A stretch of 59,755 nucleotides of DNA, the filler included, from Squatina squatina (lineage: Eukaryota): NCBI GenBank assembly GCA_031763465.1. It is 3 parts of 3 records of this genome, joined end to end, with 100 filler letters (N's around TTAATTAATTAA, not from the genome) between each part and the next. Parts side by side here need not be neighbours in the genome. Positions count along the whole stretch, not along the records: positions 1 to 27,431 come from JARFOE010000072.1; 2 more parts are not named here. One strand, 5' to 3'. The notes beneath the pieces were generated by a model, which ran no database searches, was not told the origin of the DNA, and saw nothing but the letters and a program-made list of their open reading frames with translations. Made by a program: the position numbers and the translations under genes. Position 1 is the stretch's first letter; each line of letters starts with the position of its first letter. Shown here piece by piece: positions 12,891-26,730 of the stretch.

Positions 12891-15842
12891 GTATGATCAT
12901 AGTTGCTTTATTTGAGTACAGATTACAAGTCTGTAAAATCTAGCCAAGTGAAAATGATCAAACTGTGCTACTTCAANNNNNNNNNNNNNNNNNNNNNNNN
13001 NNNNNNNNNNNNNNNNNNNNNNNNNNNNNNNNNNNNNNNNNNNNNNNNNNNNNNNNNNNNNNNNNNNNNNNNNNNNCTTTGTGTTGGATTCTTCCTCTCC
13101 ATCCAGCTCCAGTATGATAAAAGTAGCATTACTTGAAAATATTTATGAATTGTGATTGAATTATTCCACTTAACTTGCATAATCCTGCATCCTGTTGCCA
13201 GTGAAAATGTGCTTTCAGTTTAGTTTGGGTCTAAAAATATCCAGTAGTAGCAGGCTGTTAATGTCAATGTAGAAAGCAATAGTAAAACCTTGATTTAGTC
13301 TTTGTAAGCAGGACTTAATTCAAACTGAAAAATCACCTCACTGAGCTGTAGCTTATGAAATGTCAAGAAGCATGTCCAGTGTTTAGTTGCCTATGAAATT
13401 GAAATGTTTTGGATGGTTTGTGAAAAATAATCCTGTTCAACAACTATGTAATGAATGTAATGTTTGTATTTGTTAAGTGGTCAGGTTTGAGACAATGGTT
13501 CCTATTTACCTCTTGAGCATCAGGAAGGCCAAAATTACCACACACACAATTTACTGCTCATATAAAACAATATCAATAGTCAACTATATTCTTGCCTGTG
13601 GCCAGACTNNNNNNNNNNCTACTCTGCCAATGTGTCCAATGAGCCCCAGTGTGGCTGGCCATCATATAGTGTCATAGGGAGTACTGTACAAAGTGCATGG
13701 GAGAGCGAACTGGAATGAGATTGAAAGGAAGACATCAAGATGAGAATAGCTGTGATGCAGAGTGTATTCTTTTACTCATAACATATGTCTGTAGCATATT
13801 ATATGGAGATAAGGTAGTATTGTATGAAACAGGGACAGCTGAATTGATATAGCAGTCATATAATAGTGCACATTTAAATAACAGCTTGTGATGATACCTG
13901 TATGGTGCTCAAACCACTGACACTATGTACTGAGTTCTGTATTAGCTCCTATAGATGACATAAATGATTCAGCTTCAAGAAGTGAAACGATTTCTCGAAA
14001 CTGATTGTTTTCCTTTGAGGCACATGTCACATAGTCTTTTGCTGCTCCAGCAATCCCTTTAAAAAGATACCTGCAAGTTTCTTTCGAGAAGTCATTTAAG
14101 TCCAAAATTCACATTAATGAAACAAATGCTAAGAGGGCAAAATTGCCGATTTGGGAGAGGCGGGGTAACCTTCTGGGGCCGGGCGTTCTGCACCCGGCGC
14201 AGAAGTCCCACTCCCACCACGGAATTGCCCTTACCGTCCCTCAAAGGAAGCAGAGCGCAATCTCGCCTGCTCCATTAACTTTGGGGGCGGTAACCGGGGC
14301 ACTACTGGGATGAGGATTGCAGGGCTACACGGATGCTCCACGNNNNNNNNNNNNNNNNNNNNNNNNNNNNNNNNNNNNNNNNNNNNNNNNNNNNNNNNNN
14401 NNNNNNNNNNNNNNNNNNNNNNNNNNNNNNNNNNNNNNNNNNAACTGAAACAAAAATATTACATGGTCCAGAATCCCTGAGAAATACTATCATACTTTAG
14501 AAATCTAATCATTATTCCACTAAAATCACATTATCGTTCAATGTTTTTTGCTATTTTTGGTTTGGTTAAATTGCTGAAAGAAATTTTGAGCAGGCTACAG
14601 TTTAATTTGCAAGCTGGCTGCTTTTACCTGCAGCTTATTGAAATCCTGATCCAAGCGTATTTCTTGGAAAACTAGTTATGTGTTTATTCAACTGTATTAT
14701 AAAGTAAAATTTGAGAAACTTATTGAAGCATAGAAAATAAAATTACTGGACTCTTCGGCTGAAAATGTGCTGTATTCTGTTTTTTTTCCTCATTTTCATC
14801 CAAAAATGCTACTGTGGTCCTCAAGCAATGAATTTGACCAAAACTATTTGCTCTCAAGCTTTTTCTTCCTTATTACTTTAATGGAACTGTCACATAAAGC
14901 TTAATCCAAATGATCTGTGGCATTTGGAGAGAGAAAGCCACATTTTGTAAATGATGCTCCCAACAATCAATATTTCAATAATTGTTATTCTGTCAGCACG
15001 TTGTTCTTCTAAAACAGAAACTGTTGGGGCCTGGCACAGCGACTGTATTTTTCTAACAGTTTTTCAGCAGATAATAGCAGCTGAGACAGTTAAGATGTTA
15101 CTACTGGGAACAGACCTGTCGCTTGTTATGCAGTACAGAAATACGTTCAAGACAAAGAAATACCTCTGAGATTTAATTATATTTCACTATACCTGTTCAC
15201 AGAATCTAATACGCGCTGCAACAAGAGAAGGAAAAAAATTGTACTTTTAACTCCTTGACTCCTTGACATTTTGCCTCAGCCCTACATTATAGCATTGGTT
15301 TCTATCTGTACTACTTGTGTGTGAATTATCTCCCAACGCAGAGAGGAAAAACGGGCAGTTAGGAATATAAGTCTGTAAGGGATCCCATCCAGTTTCCTTA
15401 TATCTGTCCCCCACATGTGTATAGAAATGTAGAATGGCCTCTTTCTGTGCTGTAACCATTGTAAGATTCTGTAACAGTACCGCACTGACAGAGACCAATC
15501 CGCCTATCCGCCTGTGCTGGCTCTTTCGAAGAGCAATCTCATTGCAAACCTTGCCTACATTGAGTGCTATTAAGCCAGGACAGGCATGCCTTCATCTTAT
15601 GCTACTGCAATGATGCTGACACATTGTCCTTTCATTTGCATGGAAAGGTGGCCCGCAATCATGCGGAGGAGCGCTGGACTGGTGAAGGGCCACCTGTCAT
15701 CACACCCTTCTCTGATCTGGAGNNNNNNNNNNNNNNNNNNNNNNNNNNNNNNNNNNNNNNNNNNNNNNNNNNNNNNNNNNNNNNNNNNNNNNNNNNNNNN
15801 NNNNNNNNNNNNNNNNNNNNNNCCCGCTCTTTTCCCTGCCCT

Positions 15843-16640
15843 TCGGTGCAGCAGAGCCACCCATGCTGCCATAAACCTGGCTGCTACTGCCTTCCCCTAA
15901 TGAGCCAATTCCCCCAACGATATCCAAAGCGCTATATCTGTTAAAGAGGGTGATGGCCGCGGGGGAGTCCTGCACTACCTGCCTTCTTCTGCTGTGCCTC
16001 ATGATCACCTGCCTGTGCAGCCTTTACCTGCGGTGTGACCAACTCATTAAACGTGCTATCCATGACGTCCTCAGCATTGCGGATGCTCAATTGTATATCC
16101 ATTCGCAGCTCTAGCGCCGCGATGCGGTCTGCCAGTAGCTGCAGCTGGATACACTTCTTACACACATGGTTGTCAGGGACACTAGAAGTGTCCCCGATTT
16201 TCCACAAAGCGCAGGAGGAGCATTCCACGGGGCTGAGCTGTGCTGCCATGACTTACCCTTTAATTAACTTACATCGAATTAAATCAAATCAAAGCCCACT
16301 ACTACTAAATGATATTAATTACTCAAGGGCCCTTGATTACTAGCACTCACCACGACAATAGAGACCTTAGAAACTATAAACCACAAAATAAAGACCTTCC
16401 AAACCTTATCTGTTAAGCTAAAGAGACACATAAATACTCACCTGACCGTACTCACCCAATCAGCTGCTTCCTCTTGCCCATGTCACTTTTTGAATCATGA
16501 CGTGTCTCTGGAACTCTGCGGCCGGTCTGCTGCTGCCTCTCCTCCTCGCGCTGCCGCGTCGGAGACCTCTCTGCAGGCCCCGTGCTTGTTGTACTGGTCG
16601 TTGCTGCTGCTGCCCCTCCTCCGCTCGCTGCCGCCGGGTC
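15843..16640 (-). mobile_element. CR1 LINE 5' end: GC-rich 5'UTR plus frameshifted ORF1
   Basis: MAAQLSPVECSSCALW...HVCKKCIQLQLLADRIAALELRMD (zinc finger plus leucine zipper), then NRYSALD in another frame. Confidence 0.8.
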
Positions 16641-16830
16641 TCATAATGGGGTTCTCCTTTGTCCTCACCTTCCACCACATTTATCAGATTATCTTCTGCC
16701 ATTTCCACCACCTCAATAATTCTAGAAAACAATTGTCCTTTCCCTTCGGTTTTCTGAAGTGACAATTCCTTTCATGACACCCTGGTCCACTCTTCCATCA
16801 CCTGCTCTCCCACAGCCGCATCCTGAGACA
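16641..16830 (+). mobile_element. Penelope-like element fragment
   Basis: Decayed FVLTFH...IFCHFHHL...SFHDTLVHS, resembling the Penelope ORF region between RT and GIY-YIG. Confidence 0.6.
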
Positions 16831-16869
16831 GCAATTTGCGTGTAGAAGAAAATACTTAAATCAAGTCGA

Positions 16870-17500
16870 CAGGCTGTTCAGTTCAACTGGTTTATGTCGG
16901 TGTTTATGCTCCACACGACCCTCCTCCCCACCACTCTTCATCTAACCTCTAGCAGCAAAACCTTCTATTCTGTTCTCCCTCGTGCACTGAGCTAGCTTCC
17001 CCTTAAACACATTTATGTTATTTGCCTCAACTACTCCTTGTGGTAGCAAGTTTCAAATTCTGACTACTCTTTGAGTAAAGAAGTTTCTCCTGAACTGGAT
17101 TTATTAGTGACTTATCTTATGTTCATGACCTCTAGTTTTGGACTCCCCCACAAGTGGAAACATTTTCTCNNNNNNNNNNNNNNNNNNNNNNNNNNNNNNN
17201 NNNNNNNNNNNNNNNNNNNNNNNNNNNNNNNNNNNNNNNNNNNNNNNNNNNNNNNNNNNNNNNNNNNNNAACACCACTGTATTCCTTGCTCCAGTCTGAA
17301 AAACAACCGTTCACCACGACTCTCTGTTTCCTGTCATTTAGCCAATTTGTATCCATACTGCCATCCCTTTTATTCCATGGACTTCAATTTTACTCACAAG
17401 CCTATTATGTGGCACTTTGTCAGATGCCTTTTGGAAATCAATGTACACCACGTCAACCTCATTACCCTCACCAACCCTCTCTGTTACCTCATCAAAAATT
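16870..17500 (-). mobile_element. CR1 LINE, RT region plus 3' end (gapped)
   Basis: WLNDRKQRVVVNGCFSDW..YSGV is a CR1 RT motif. Confidence 0.8.
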
Positions 17501-17504
17501 AACT

Positions 17505-17875
17505 GAGGCGTATAAAATTATGAAGGGCCTAGGCAGAGTGAATAGGAAGAACCTATTTCCTTTCGCAGAAGGTCAATAACCAGTGGGTATAGATTTAAAG
17601 TAATTGGTAGAAGAATTAGAGGGGAGTTGAGCAGAACTTTTTTCACCCAGAGGGTGGTAGGGGTCTGGAACTCACTGTCTGAAAGGGTGGTAGATTCAGA
17701 AACCCTCATAGCATTTAAAAAGCACTTGGATATGTACTTGTAGTGCCTTAGCCTACGAGGCTATGGGCCAAGAGCTGGAAGGTGGGATTAGGCTGGACAG
17801 CTCTTTTTTGGCTGGCACAGACACAAAAGGTTGAATATCCCCCTGCTGTGCTGTAAATTTCTAAGATTCTATAAG
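17505..17875 (+). mobile_element. CR1 LINE 3' end
   Basis: EAYKIMKGLGRV...FFTQRVVGVWNSL followed by the tail. Confidence 0.85.
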
Positions 17876-20359
17876 ATATATTTACAACATTCCACAGCTG
17901 CTCGGTCAAATCAAAAAACAATATTTTACTCTAGGTCACAGCTGGCGTTGATGAGAAAGAGAATGGGAAGATTTCTAAGCATCACTGCAGCAGTGAAATC
18001 CATATAGGGGGCGGGCTGGTAACTCCAACACCCCTTTATAGTATATTAAGCATTTTACATTTCTACACACGTTCTTCGTTACAAATTCCTATGTCCACAT
18101 TTATAGTGGAAGCTACAGATGTAAAAATGTCACACTGTAATTACACTCTCCTGCCCATGGATTACCATCATGGGCAAGATGATGGCAAGTATGACAACTT
18201 TACATGGGTAGTTCTCATTATAAGTGTGAATTTAGGAATTTATAATGGGAATATAAAAATAAAACTTTAAACAGGGAAGTGAAGTACATCTGCATGTCCA
18301 ATTATTCCCCCCATCCTTTAATCCCTAGTCACCTGAAGACGAGACTTCATCTTGACTTGCTTTGTATAATGCCAATGAAAATCGACTCGGAAATCAAGTG
18401 CAACCCATGTGGAGAAGGAAAGGCAGAGCAAAGGAAGCAGTGCGAGCTGTGGGACTTTTATTTTTCTCTTAATTAGGATCCATATTGAATCAGAACAGCT
18501 CTAGAGACCTAGCTGAAGGACTAAGCCCCATTAAATAGAACAACACAAGGTTGAAAACAATAAGCAAGTAGTAAACCTTTATCAATATAATGAGAAGTTG
18601 TATTTAGGTAATACCAGGTTTCAGTTTAAAACGTTATACATTGAGTTTCAAAAACCTGTAAGCTTCCTTTCAGTACTTTATCAATGGTATGGCCAATGTT
18701 GTCAAGTGATAATTGTCTTTGCTAATGTTATTGCTCTCCACAGACTGATTAGTGCTGTATCGAAAAACCAAGCAGTGACTGAATCACTGCAGGCAGTTAT
18801 AGACAGATTTAGAAAGTGGGAAGATAAATGGTGCCTTATCTTAAATGCTGAAAAAACTGTCAATAACTCTGAGAAAACTGACTTTGATGTTACCTGCTTG
18901 TATCCACTTTAAAAAGATACCAAACTCTTGCTTGTGTCAGTCCTATAAGATGCCAAGTCCCTGCTCATGTTAACTGTATGAAGGTGCTGAACCCTCTTTA
19001 ATAGCAAACATTGAATTCTTAGATTGCTAATCACTTCTAACTAGGCTAGGGTAAACAGTAGGAGTGGGTCAGGCTTCTTGAGAATGTCACACAATGTTAC
19101 TTCCGGGATTCCATTCACAGATAATAGCCATCATTCATTATAACGAGAATCATGCTGATTCAATAAACAATTTATTCACAAACTCAGCTCACAAATGATG
19201 TCATGACTATGACCCCTTATCACCCTTCTTAATCTGACCCAACCCTACATTTCTCCACAGTGGGGGGGATGTGGGTATGGGGCGGCTTGGCCCAGGCTGT
19301 TCTCATTTAGGAGCCGTAGCCGCAGATGGCCCCTTGGGGTGCCCTCGGGGAGCTTTGTCCCATGATGGGACAGCTTCAGGCAGCAGCCNNNNNNNNNNNN
19401 NNNNNNNNNNNNNNNNNNNNNNNNNNNNNNNNNNNNNNNNNNNNNNNNNNNNNNNNNNNNNNNNNNNNNNNNNNNNNNNNNNNNNNNNGCACACCTTGCA
19501 AAATTAGTTCAGTCAGAGATTAGCACGCTTCATCTGTACTGCTTAAAAACCTAAGGTAACATGAAATGAACCCTTGATTAGTGAACCAACAGTAATTCTG
19601 AGTTCCGGTGTATCAGTGCTCCAAGATTATCATTTTTAAATAATTTTAGTTAGAGGAATTTGCCACAGTACAGAATGAGGGTCATCCCTCCAGCATTTTT
19701 GTGTTTGCTTTTCTGCATCCTTTAGCAAACTGGGGAATTATTGGGCAGATTGATTTTTCACAGCGATTTATCCAGGAAATGCTTTGCAACGGCCAGAAAA
19801 ACATGCCACCAAGCGCAACATCTTATTGCGATAGTTAAATTTGTTCATACAATAGTTGGTTTTATTTTCAACAGTGGTGTAATACAATTGAGGTAATGTT
19901 GTGGAAAAACACATCACAGAAAACATAAAATCAGATCCATGGTATTATAAGTGAGAGCTTTATAATGAGGGTAGGGTGTTCAACCTTGTCACAGGAACTT
20001 GGGTATAAGCCAGCTAATTATTCATGCATATCATGTATTTCTAACAATTATGTAAAACAAATTCAGTGACCACTGCGGTCTTATTTCTTGATGACATCAC
20101 ATTAAAAGCTAACAAAGCATGTTCATTGCTAATGTGAGGTCATCAAATTTTACAACCTGAATAATTCTCTAGGTGTTTTGCATTGATTTTATCTGTGAAT
20201 ATTTAACCCTTAGACTGACAGCAGGTCCAGGGAAATAAAAGACTTCCTCAGCTGGCTTCACTTCAAGTTTTCAGCCCATGCACTGTGGTGCTGAAACAAA
20301 CATTAATTTCATGGTAATAAAGCTACCCAAATGTTAACATTAAACCTAAACTATAAACA

Positions 20360-20694
20360 TGTTATGCTAAACTTGTATTGAACCTTGCTTAGAACACACT
20401 TGGAGTATTGTGTGCAATTCTGGTTGCCATATTATAAAAAGGATACAGAGNNNNNNNNNNAGGCACTGGAGAGAGTGCAGAGAAGATTTACAAGGATGAT
20501 ACCAGAAATGCGAGGGTACACCCATCAGAAAAGGATGAACAGGCTGAGTCACCTCTCTCTTGAAAAGAGAAAGCTGAGGGGTGGCGCAATAGATGAAAAG
20601 TTTAGATAGATAGCCAGAGATAGAATGTTTCTACTTGTGGGGAAGAGCAACACTAGAGGCTATCAATATCAGATAGTCATCAAGAAATAGAATA
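20360..20694 (+). mobile_element. CR1 LINE ORF2 3' fragment
   Basis: HLEYCVQFWLPYYKKD...LERVQRRFTRMIP. Confidence 0.9.
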
Positions 20695-20794
20695 NNNNNN
20701 NNNNNNNNNNNNNNNNNNNNNNNNNNNNNNNNNNNNNNNNNNNNNNNNNNNNNNNNNNNNNNNNNNNNNNNNNNNNNNNNNNNNNNNNNNNNNN

Positions 20795-20879
20795 GAGTGA
20801 GAGGTTGTGCGTATTTGTGATAGATCGGAGAAACCAGATTTGACTTCCAATAAAAGTAAAAGGGTAAAGCAATTCTTTA
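20795..20879 (+). repeat. Copy A of a local diverged direct duplication
   Basis: Aligns to 21793-21877 with about 11 mismatches and 1 indel over about 85 nt (manual alignment). Confidence 0.85.
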
Positions 20880-21792
20880 TAAAACAAGTCATCCAAACCC
20901 CCTCCATGGCATTACTCCTCCTCAGTACTTAGAGTGAGTAGCCAAACATAGGGAATGGTGGATGTTGTGACTAATAGCTTTAGAGAAATTTCAACAAGTT
21001 AATTTATGTTTCTAAATTTCTTATGGTGATCCCAGGTTTGTGATTTAACAGCATCATAAAAATGCCAGAAATGTTGACAAATCATTTTGCTTAAGCTACA
21101 AGTCTTTCTCCAATCTTTCCCTGCTCTTTGGTTTCTCTTGCTGCTTGACGAATTTTGTGAAACATATAAATCAAAACAATGTGACTTTGTAATGGAAATT
21201 GTCAATTTCTGCATTTGACAGAGCCTATTACTCCCTGCTGGAATCAACACACCATGTAACAACAGTACAAGTAGATCTGACTGTTTTACCTTCAAAACTT
21301 AATGTGCTTGTTCAGTGGTTTTGTCTTCTTTTCAAGAACTTGGTAAAGACATTCAGTGGTAGTGATGCAACACTTTGGTTGCATGAGAGGCAAATGGCTA
21401 CTTGGCTGGAAGCATAAAATAATCACCCTTTTCCTGTGTTTTTTTTCTGTAAAGCGCTAAGGCTGATTTTAAAGACCAATGTGCTCTGATTGTGAATGCA
21501 AGACTGCAAAACTTTGCAGAAAGGAGTCTGTTCACATTACCACCAAATTGTGACTCCATTCCATTTTCTGCTTTTGGTTCAAGCAGCCTAGATAAAGCAG
21601 ATGGGAGTTACACTCCTACACCCATGTGGGTGGCAAAAGGCACTGTTCCATTTTGCAGCCAGCGGACAGGTTGGATGCCAAGTCAACAGCATGCCTAGAA
21701 ACGGTAGTGGAAATGCGGCCAGAGAAAAAAGTTTCAGGCAGGAGTCCCTTTAAAAAGGCTTACAGGTGCCTAAGTAATACCAAGAAGTTATT

Positions 21793-21877
21793 GAGTGAGA
21801 GCTTCTGCATATTGTGATAGTTCTGAGAAACCGGATTTGACTTTCAATGAAACTAAAAGGGTAAAGCAATGCTTCAG
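21793..21877 (+). repeat. Copy B of a local diverged direct duplication
   Basis: gagtgagag...tgtgatag...gagaaacc.gatttgactt.caat.aaa.taaaagggtaaagcaat is shared with 20795-20879. Confidence 0.85.
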
Positions 21878-21924
21878 AGAGAAGCAGAAGCAGAGTTATG
21901 CTATCTGCTGCAGGTGAGTAAGAA

Positions 21925-22040
21925 AGAAAGACTTGGATTTAGATAGTGCCTTTCACATCATCAGGACATCCCAAGCGATTTGCAGTAAATGAAGTACTTT
22001 TTGAAGTGTAGTCGCAGTTATAATGTAGGAAATCAGGCAC
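21925..22040 (-). mobile_element. DeuSINE/L2 tail fragment
   Basis: Homologous to the SINE tail at 12175-12230 and 12631-12680. Confidence 0.6.
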
Positions 22041-23139
22041 GGGATGGCATTTGCAGGAACAGTAGTGGCCAGCTGTGGCCTTAAACTCGGCTCCTTGCAG
22101 GCATGGTGCAATATTGACCTTTAGGGATGGTACAATGGAGTGGCACAAAAAAATAACTGTTCTTGCAAGTACCTCATGCAGCATCATCTCAATGTGAGCA
22201 AGCATCAAATTGGAGTTGGGTGCTAGGCTGTTCTGCACACCAGCTTTTCCACTGGCTCCAGGAACAGGATTCTGGTTACCAATGAACAGTGTGAGAACAG
22301 ACCTCTCTGAATCTTAGAAAGCTTCAACTGAAAATATTCTTTAGTTCCTCTGAGATGCTGCCCGGTATACTTGCAATCTAGTCGACATTGAGCTCTCGAG
22401 ATGGTGTCCCCCAACAAGAACTGCAGCCTTTCCTTCAATGCCTGCACATTGAGTTGACTGATCTCCCATGAATCGGTGGAATGTTTGCAGGTTGTCCAAT
22501 AGGTGCTACTTTATGCAGGCTGTCTTACAACGAGTTGGATGTTGGTGGTCTGCAGGGCAATGGACTTCACTGCTATACCAGCTATTTGCTATGCATTTTG
22601 TGGTAGGCCACACATAGAACCTCCACATATATCTGGCACTGTGCTAGCTTCCATCTCTTCCTGGCAGGCCCCCTGAGATTATCATTTATATGCTGTGCAG
22701 CTAGGGGCTGGCATGTCCTGTGCTTCCGCTCCACTTCATCAGGCTCATTTCCACATTTGTTAATTTTGAAGAACTTGGGCGGCATTCGATGTTGATGAGC
22801 TACTCTGTGATCTCTTCTGATGAAAGTGGTAGTGAAAGGATTGAAGAACACATAGAAATACTCAATAAGAAAAGTTATATATTCTCATGAAACCACTGAA
22901 GGCACTGAAAATCTTGCATCTCCATTCCCAATTGCAGGGCCAGATTTGAAACCAATTCTTGCCACCGTTTCCTCGTGTATCGTTAAATGTTCAATGTTGA
23001 CACGTCTTCCTCCAGTGGCTTGGCATTCTCTAGCATTGTGTGCTCTCTTCTCGTAGTGGTGAAATGCAGTGTTAATTGGCGTAAGCAGTTTCTGCATGTA
23101 AACAGAGTTTCCTCTGCACTTCTGCTCTGCACAAGAAAA

Positions 23140-23562
23140 GATTGGATAGGCTGGGGTTGTTTTCTTTGGAACAGAGGCCGAGGGGAGACTTAATTGAGGT
23201 GCATCGAATTATGAGGGGTCTAGATAGATTGGATAGCAAGGTCCTATTCCCCTTGGCCAAAGGGTCAATAACCAGGGGGCATAGATCTAAAGTAATTGGT
23301 AGAAGGTTCAGAGGGGATTCGAGGGGAATTTATTTCACGCAGAGAGTGGTGGGGATCTGGAACTCACTGACTGAGAGGGTGGTAGAAGCAGAAATCCTCA
23401 TCACATTTAAAAAGCACTTGGATGTGCGCTTGAAGTGCCATAACCCACAAGGCTAGGGACCAAAAACCCGAAAGTGGGATTAGGCTGGATAGCTCCTTGT
23501 CGGCCGGCATGGACACGATGGGCCGAATGTCCTCCTTCCGTACTGTAACTTTCTATGATTCT
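23140..23562 (+). mobile_element. CR1 LINE 3' end
   Basis: LGLFSLEQRPRGDLIEV...FTQRVVGIWNSL followed by a ttctatgattct tail. Confidence 0.9.
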
Positions 23563-26249
23563 GGTGAAGTAACGACAGCTCCAAGGAATTTCCCACCTAG
23601 AATTTTTTTCCCTCTAGGAATTAAACAGTTTTTTCAGATTTTAATTGATTCAATTTTTTGCTCCAATCCTAGTTTACAACAGTCACCTTTAACAATTTGT
23701 GATGAATCTTCTGCCAATCAAGATGAGAGAGAGTAATACTGTGAAATGACACATTTTCCCACTTTTTCTCCCACATGCCGTCAGAAACGAACACTCCCAG
23801 GTCGGTTATAACACAAGNNNNNNNNNNNNNNNNNNNNNNNNNNNNNNNNNNNNNNNNNNNNNNNNNNNNNNNNNNNNNNNNNNNNNNNNNNNNNNNNNNN
23901 NNNNNNNNNNNNNNNNNTTTATAACACTCCTAGCCCTTATAGAATTATGTTGTAATGTGGCCCTTTTTGATTTTTGCCCTAGATTTCTCTGCCTACTACA
24001 GTGGTACTACAGTGCCACATTAAATGCATTTTGAGTGTTCAAATTTGATGCAAAGCCTTTTCTTGTCCTGCGTCTTCCTTGATTAATCTCCAGGTGAAGG
24101 AGAACTAGAATGTGACAAAGATGAGCTTATTCATGCTGTAGGTCAGAGGAACTACCATACAATTACAATAGGAAACCTAGACAGCAAGTGGAATGGGAAA
24201 GTCTTAAATAGAGGCTAGAAGGGGTGAGAACCCTACAGCCAACATGATAGGGATGGAGAGATTACCGGCATTATTGATGGATTGCTGCCACTTCTTACTT
24301 CAGTCGTAACAAAGAATCAACACCCAAAATATTAACACAATCTTCTCTCAGAGTGAGACATGCTGTGCTTTTTCAGCATTTTCAGCTTTTATTTCAGATT
24401 TCCAGCACTAGCTGGTTTGTTTTTTTATCCCTATGGTTACTTCTTATTGGGATGTCCAAAAGAGAGCCAATCTATCCAATTGCAGCCAGTCCCTCAGAAA
24501 GTAAACTGGTGATCCTGGTAAAGCTTTGTGCTGTATGGAATTCTTATTTGGATTTATTTTATGGATATTCAATAAATTTAATCAGGATCTGTATTACCAT
24601 GAGCAATTTTAACAGCATGCAGCTCCTTTTAACCTGACTAAAGCAGATTATAATGCAGCTGCCTATGTATTCCAATGATGCATTTGGTTGTACACCATGA
24701 AGGCCTGAATTAAAATCTGCTGTAAATCCACTTAGCAGTTAAAGTGTTAAGGGAAGCAGGATATTAGAAGAAATCCATTACCTCAGGATCCATAAATGGC
24801 CTTTAACCTTCTTGACTAAAATTGCCAGTTTCTTCCTCCCTAGGTGCTTTGTTCTCCCACTGGGCATCTGATCATCTTATATCAAAGCTGAGACAGCTTC
24901 AAGGTAATTAAACAAATGACTACTTATTAGTAAACCACTTATCATCTGTATGCATCAATAAGACTCAAATGCAAAGCCGTCTGTGATACAATACCACCAA
25001 CATTTTCACAAGTAATGCAACTAATCAAATTTAAATTAGGTGAAATTGAAACATCAATGATAATATGCAAATAAACATTGCAACATTATAAATGCATCTG
25101 GACATAGCACTGTGTCAAAATTATAAATACGCCAATATAATTGTTCAAAACTAATAATCATTACCTTGCTGAAGGATACTATGTTCAAAAAATATTCATA
25201 TTGGTGATGCATGACTCTTTTAATAGAACATTTTTGGGATACTTTAGTAAACTCCAATATTGAACAATAACATCAATTATTTTGTTGATGTTTTATTCAG
25301 AGTGAGTAACCATAAGCATATGAACCGTAAAGAATGAGTTAACTGGACAGTTGGAATTTGCCTGTTTATCTTTTCAGGGAAAATGTCACATGCACTTNNN
25401 NNNNNNNNNNNNNNNNNNNNNNNNNNNNNNNNNNNNNNNNNNNNNNNNNNNNNNNNNNNNNNNNNNNNNNNNNNNNNNNNNNNNNNNNNNNNNNNNNATT
25501 TCACGCCTGGGTTGCACCGTTAGTCGGCGCTACCCAGGTGTGAGGTCACACCAATTACGACCTTTTAATTTTTAAACAATGGAAGGTGCCAAGAATCATA
25601 ATGAACATGCTGTCATCTTTTTGTTTTTGTGCTTGGATTCAAGTATTATCATCCAAATTATATTGATATGTAAGTTTGGCTATGTCGGAAAATTAATGCA
25701 AGTGTCTAGCCTTTGAGATTTAACAGATTTGGCAGTAATGTAAACTCTTAAATAATTTTATTAAGAACAATATTTTATTCCAAGTAATTAAACCTTCTGG
25801 CAGCATGATCTTAATGTTCTCATCAGCCTCAACCTTCATATGTCGTTTATTTTATTGATTCCCATTTAAATTTCTGTTTGAAATGAGCTTTATTTTTTAT
25901 TGAACATTAATCTTGACATTGCCATCTCACATTCAGTTAGTGAATGTGTGATTATAGCACAGCAAATAGCTGCAGCTCTGGAAGTATAATAAGATATGAA
26001 TTATTTATTTGAGCTATAATGCAACTGCCTTTTTTTATTTTTCAGTGACATTTTAAAGAAACCATCTAATGCAAGAAAAGACCTTCTAACAAGTTCTCGT
26101 AAAATCTAATGACTTCATTTATTCTATTTATTTGTTCATAAATCTAAAANNNNNNNNNNNNNNNNNNNNNNNNNNNNNNNNNNNNNNNNNNNNNNNNNNN
26201 NNNNNNNNNNNNNNNNNNNNNNNNNNNNNNNNNNNNNNNNNNNNNNNNN

Positions 26250-26730
26250 TCCATGTAGATTACATCATTAACCCTCCTCATTACCATCTCAAAAATTTCA
26301 ATCATGTTAATCAGACATGACCCCTTAACAAATCCATGCCAACTGTCCTTGATTAATCCGTGCCTTTCTAAATGACGATTAATACTGTCCTTCAGAATTT
26401 TTCCAACAAGGTTAGGCTGGCTGGCTGTAATTACTCGGTCTATCCCTTTCTCCTTTTTAAATAACGGTACAATGTTAGCAGTCCCACAGTCCTCCCGCAC
26501 TACGCCTGAGAGGATTGAAAAATGATGGTCAGAGCCTCTGTTATTTCCTCCCTTGCTTCCCTTAACAGCCTGGGATGTATTTCATCTGGATCTGGCAATT
26601 TATCTACTTTCAAAGATTCCATACCCCTCAATATTGTTTACTATGTTTATCTCATCTAATATTTCACACTCCTCCTCCCTGATTGCAATGTCTGCATCGT
26701 GCCTCTCATTTTTGTGAAGACAGATGCAAA
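26250..26730 (-). mobile_element. CR1 LINE RT fragment
   Basis: ANIVPLFKK...HGFVKGSCLINMIEIFE. Confidence 0.85.

Noticed and set aside
22060-22600. Very decayed RTE-like LINE remnant
   Set aside because: Only faint motif resemblance; too weak to list as a feature.
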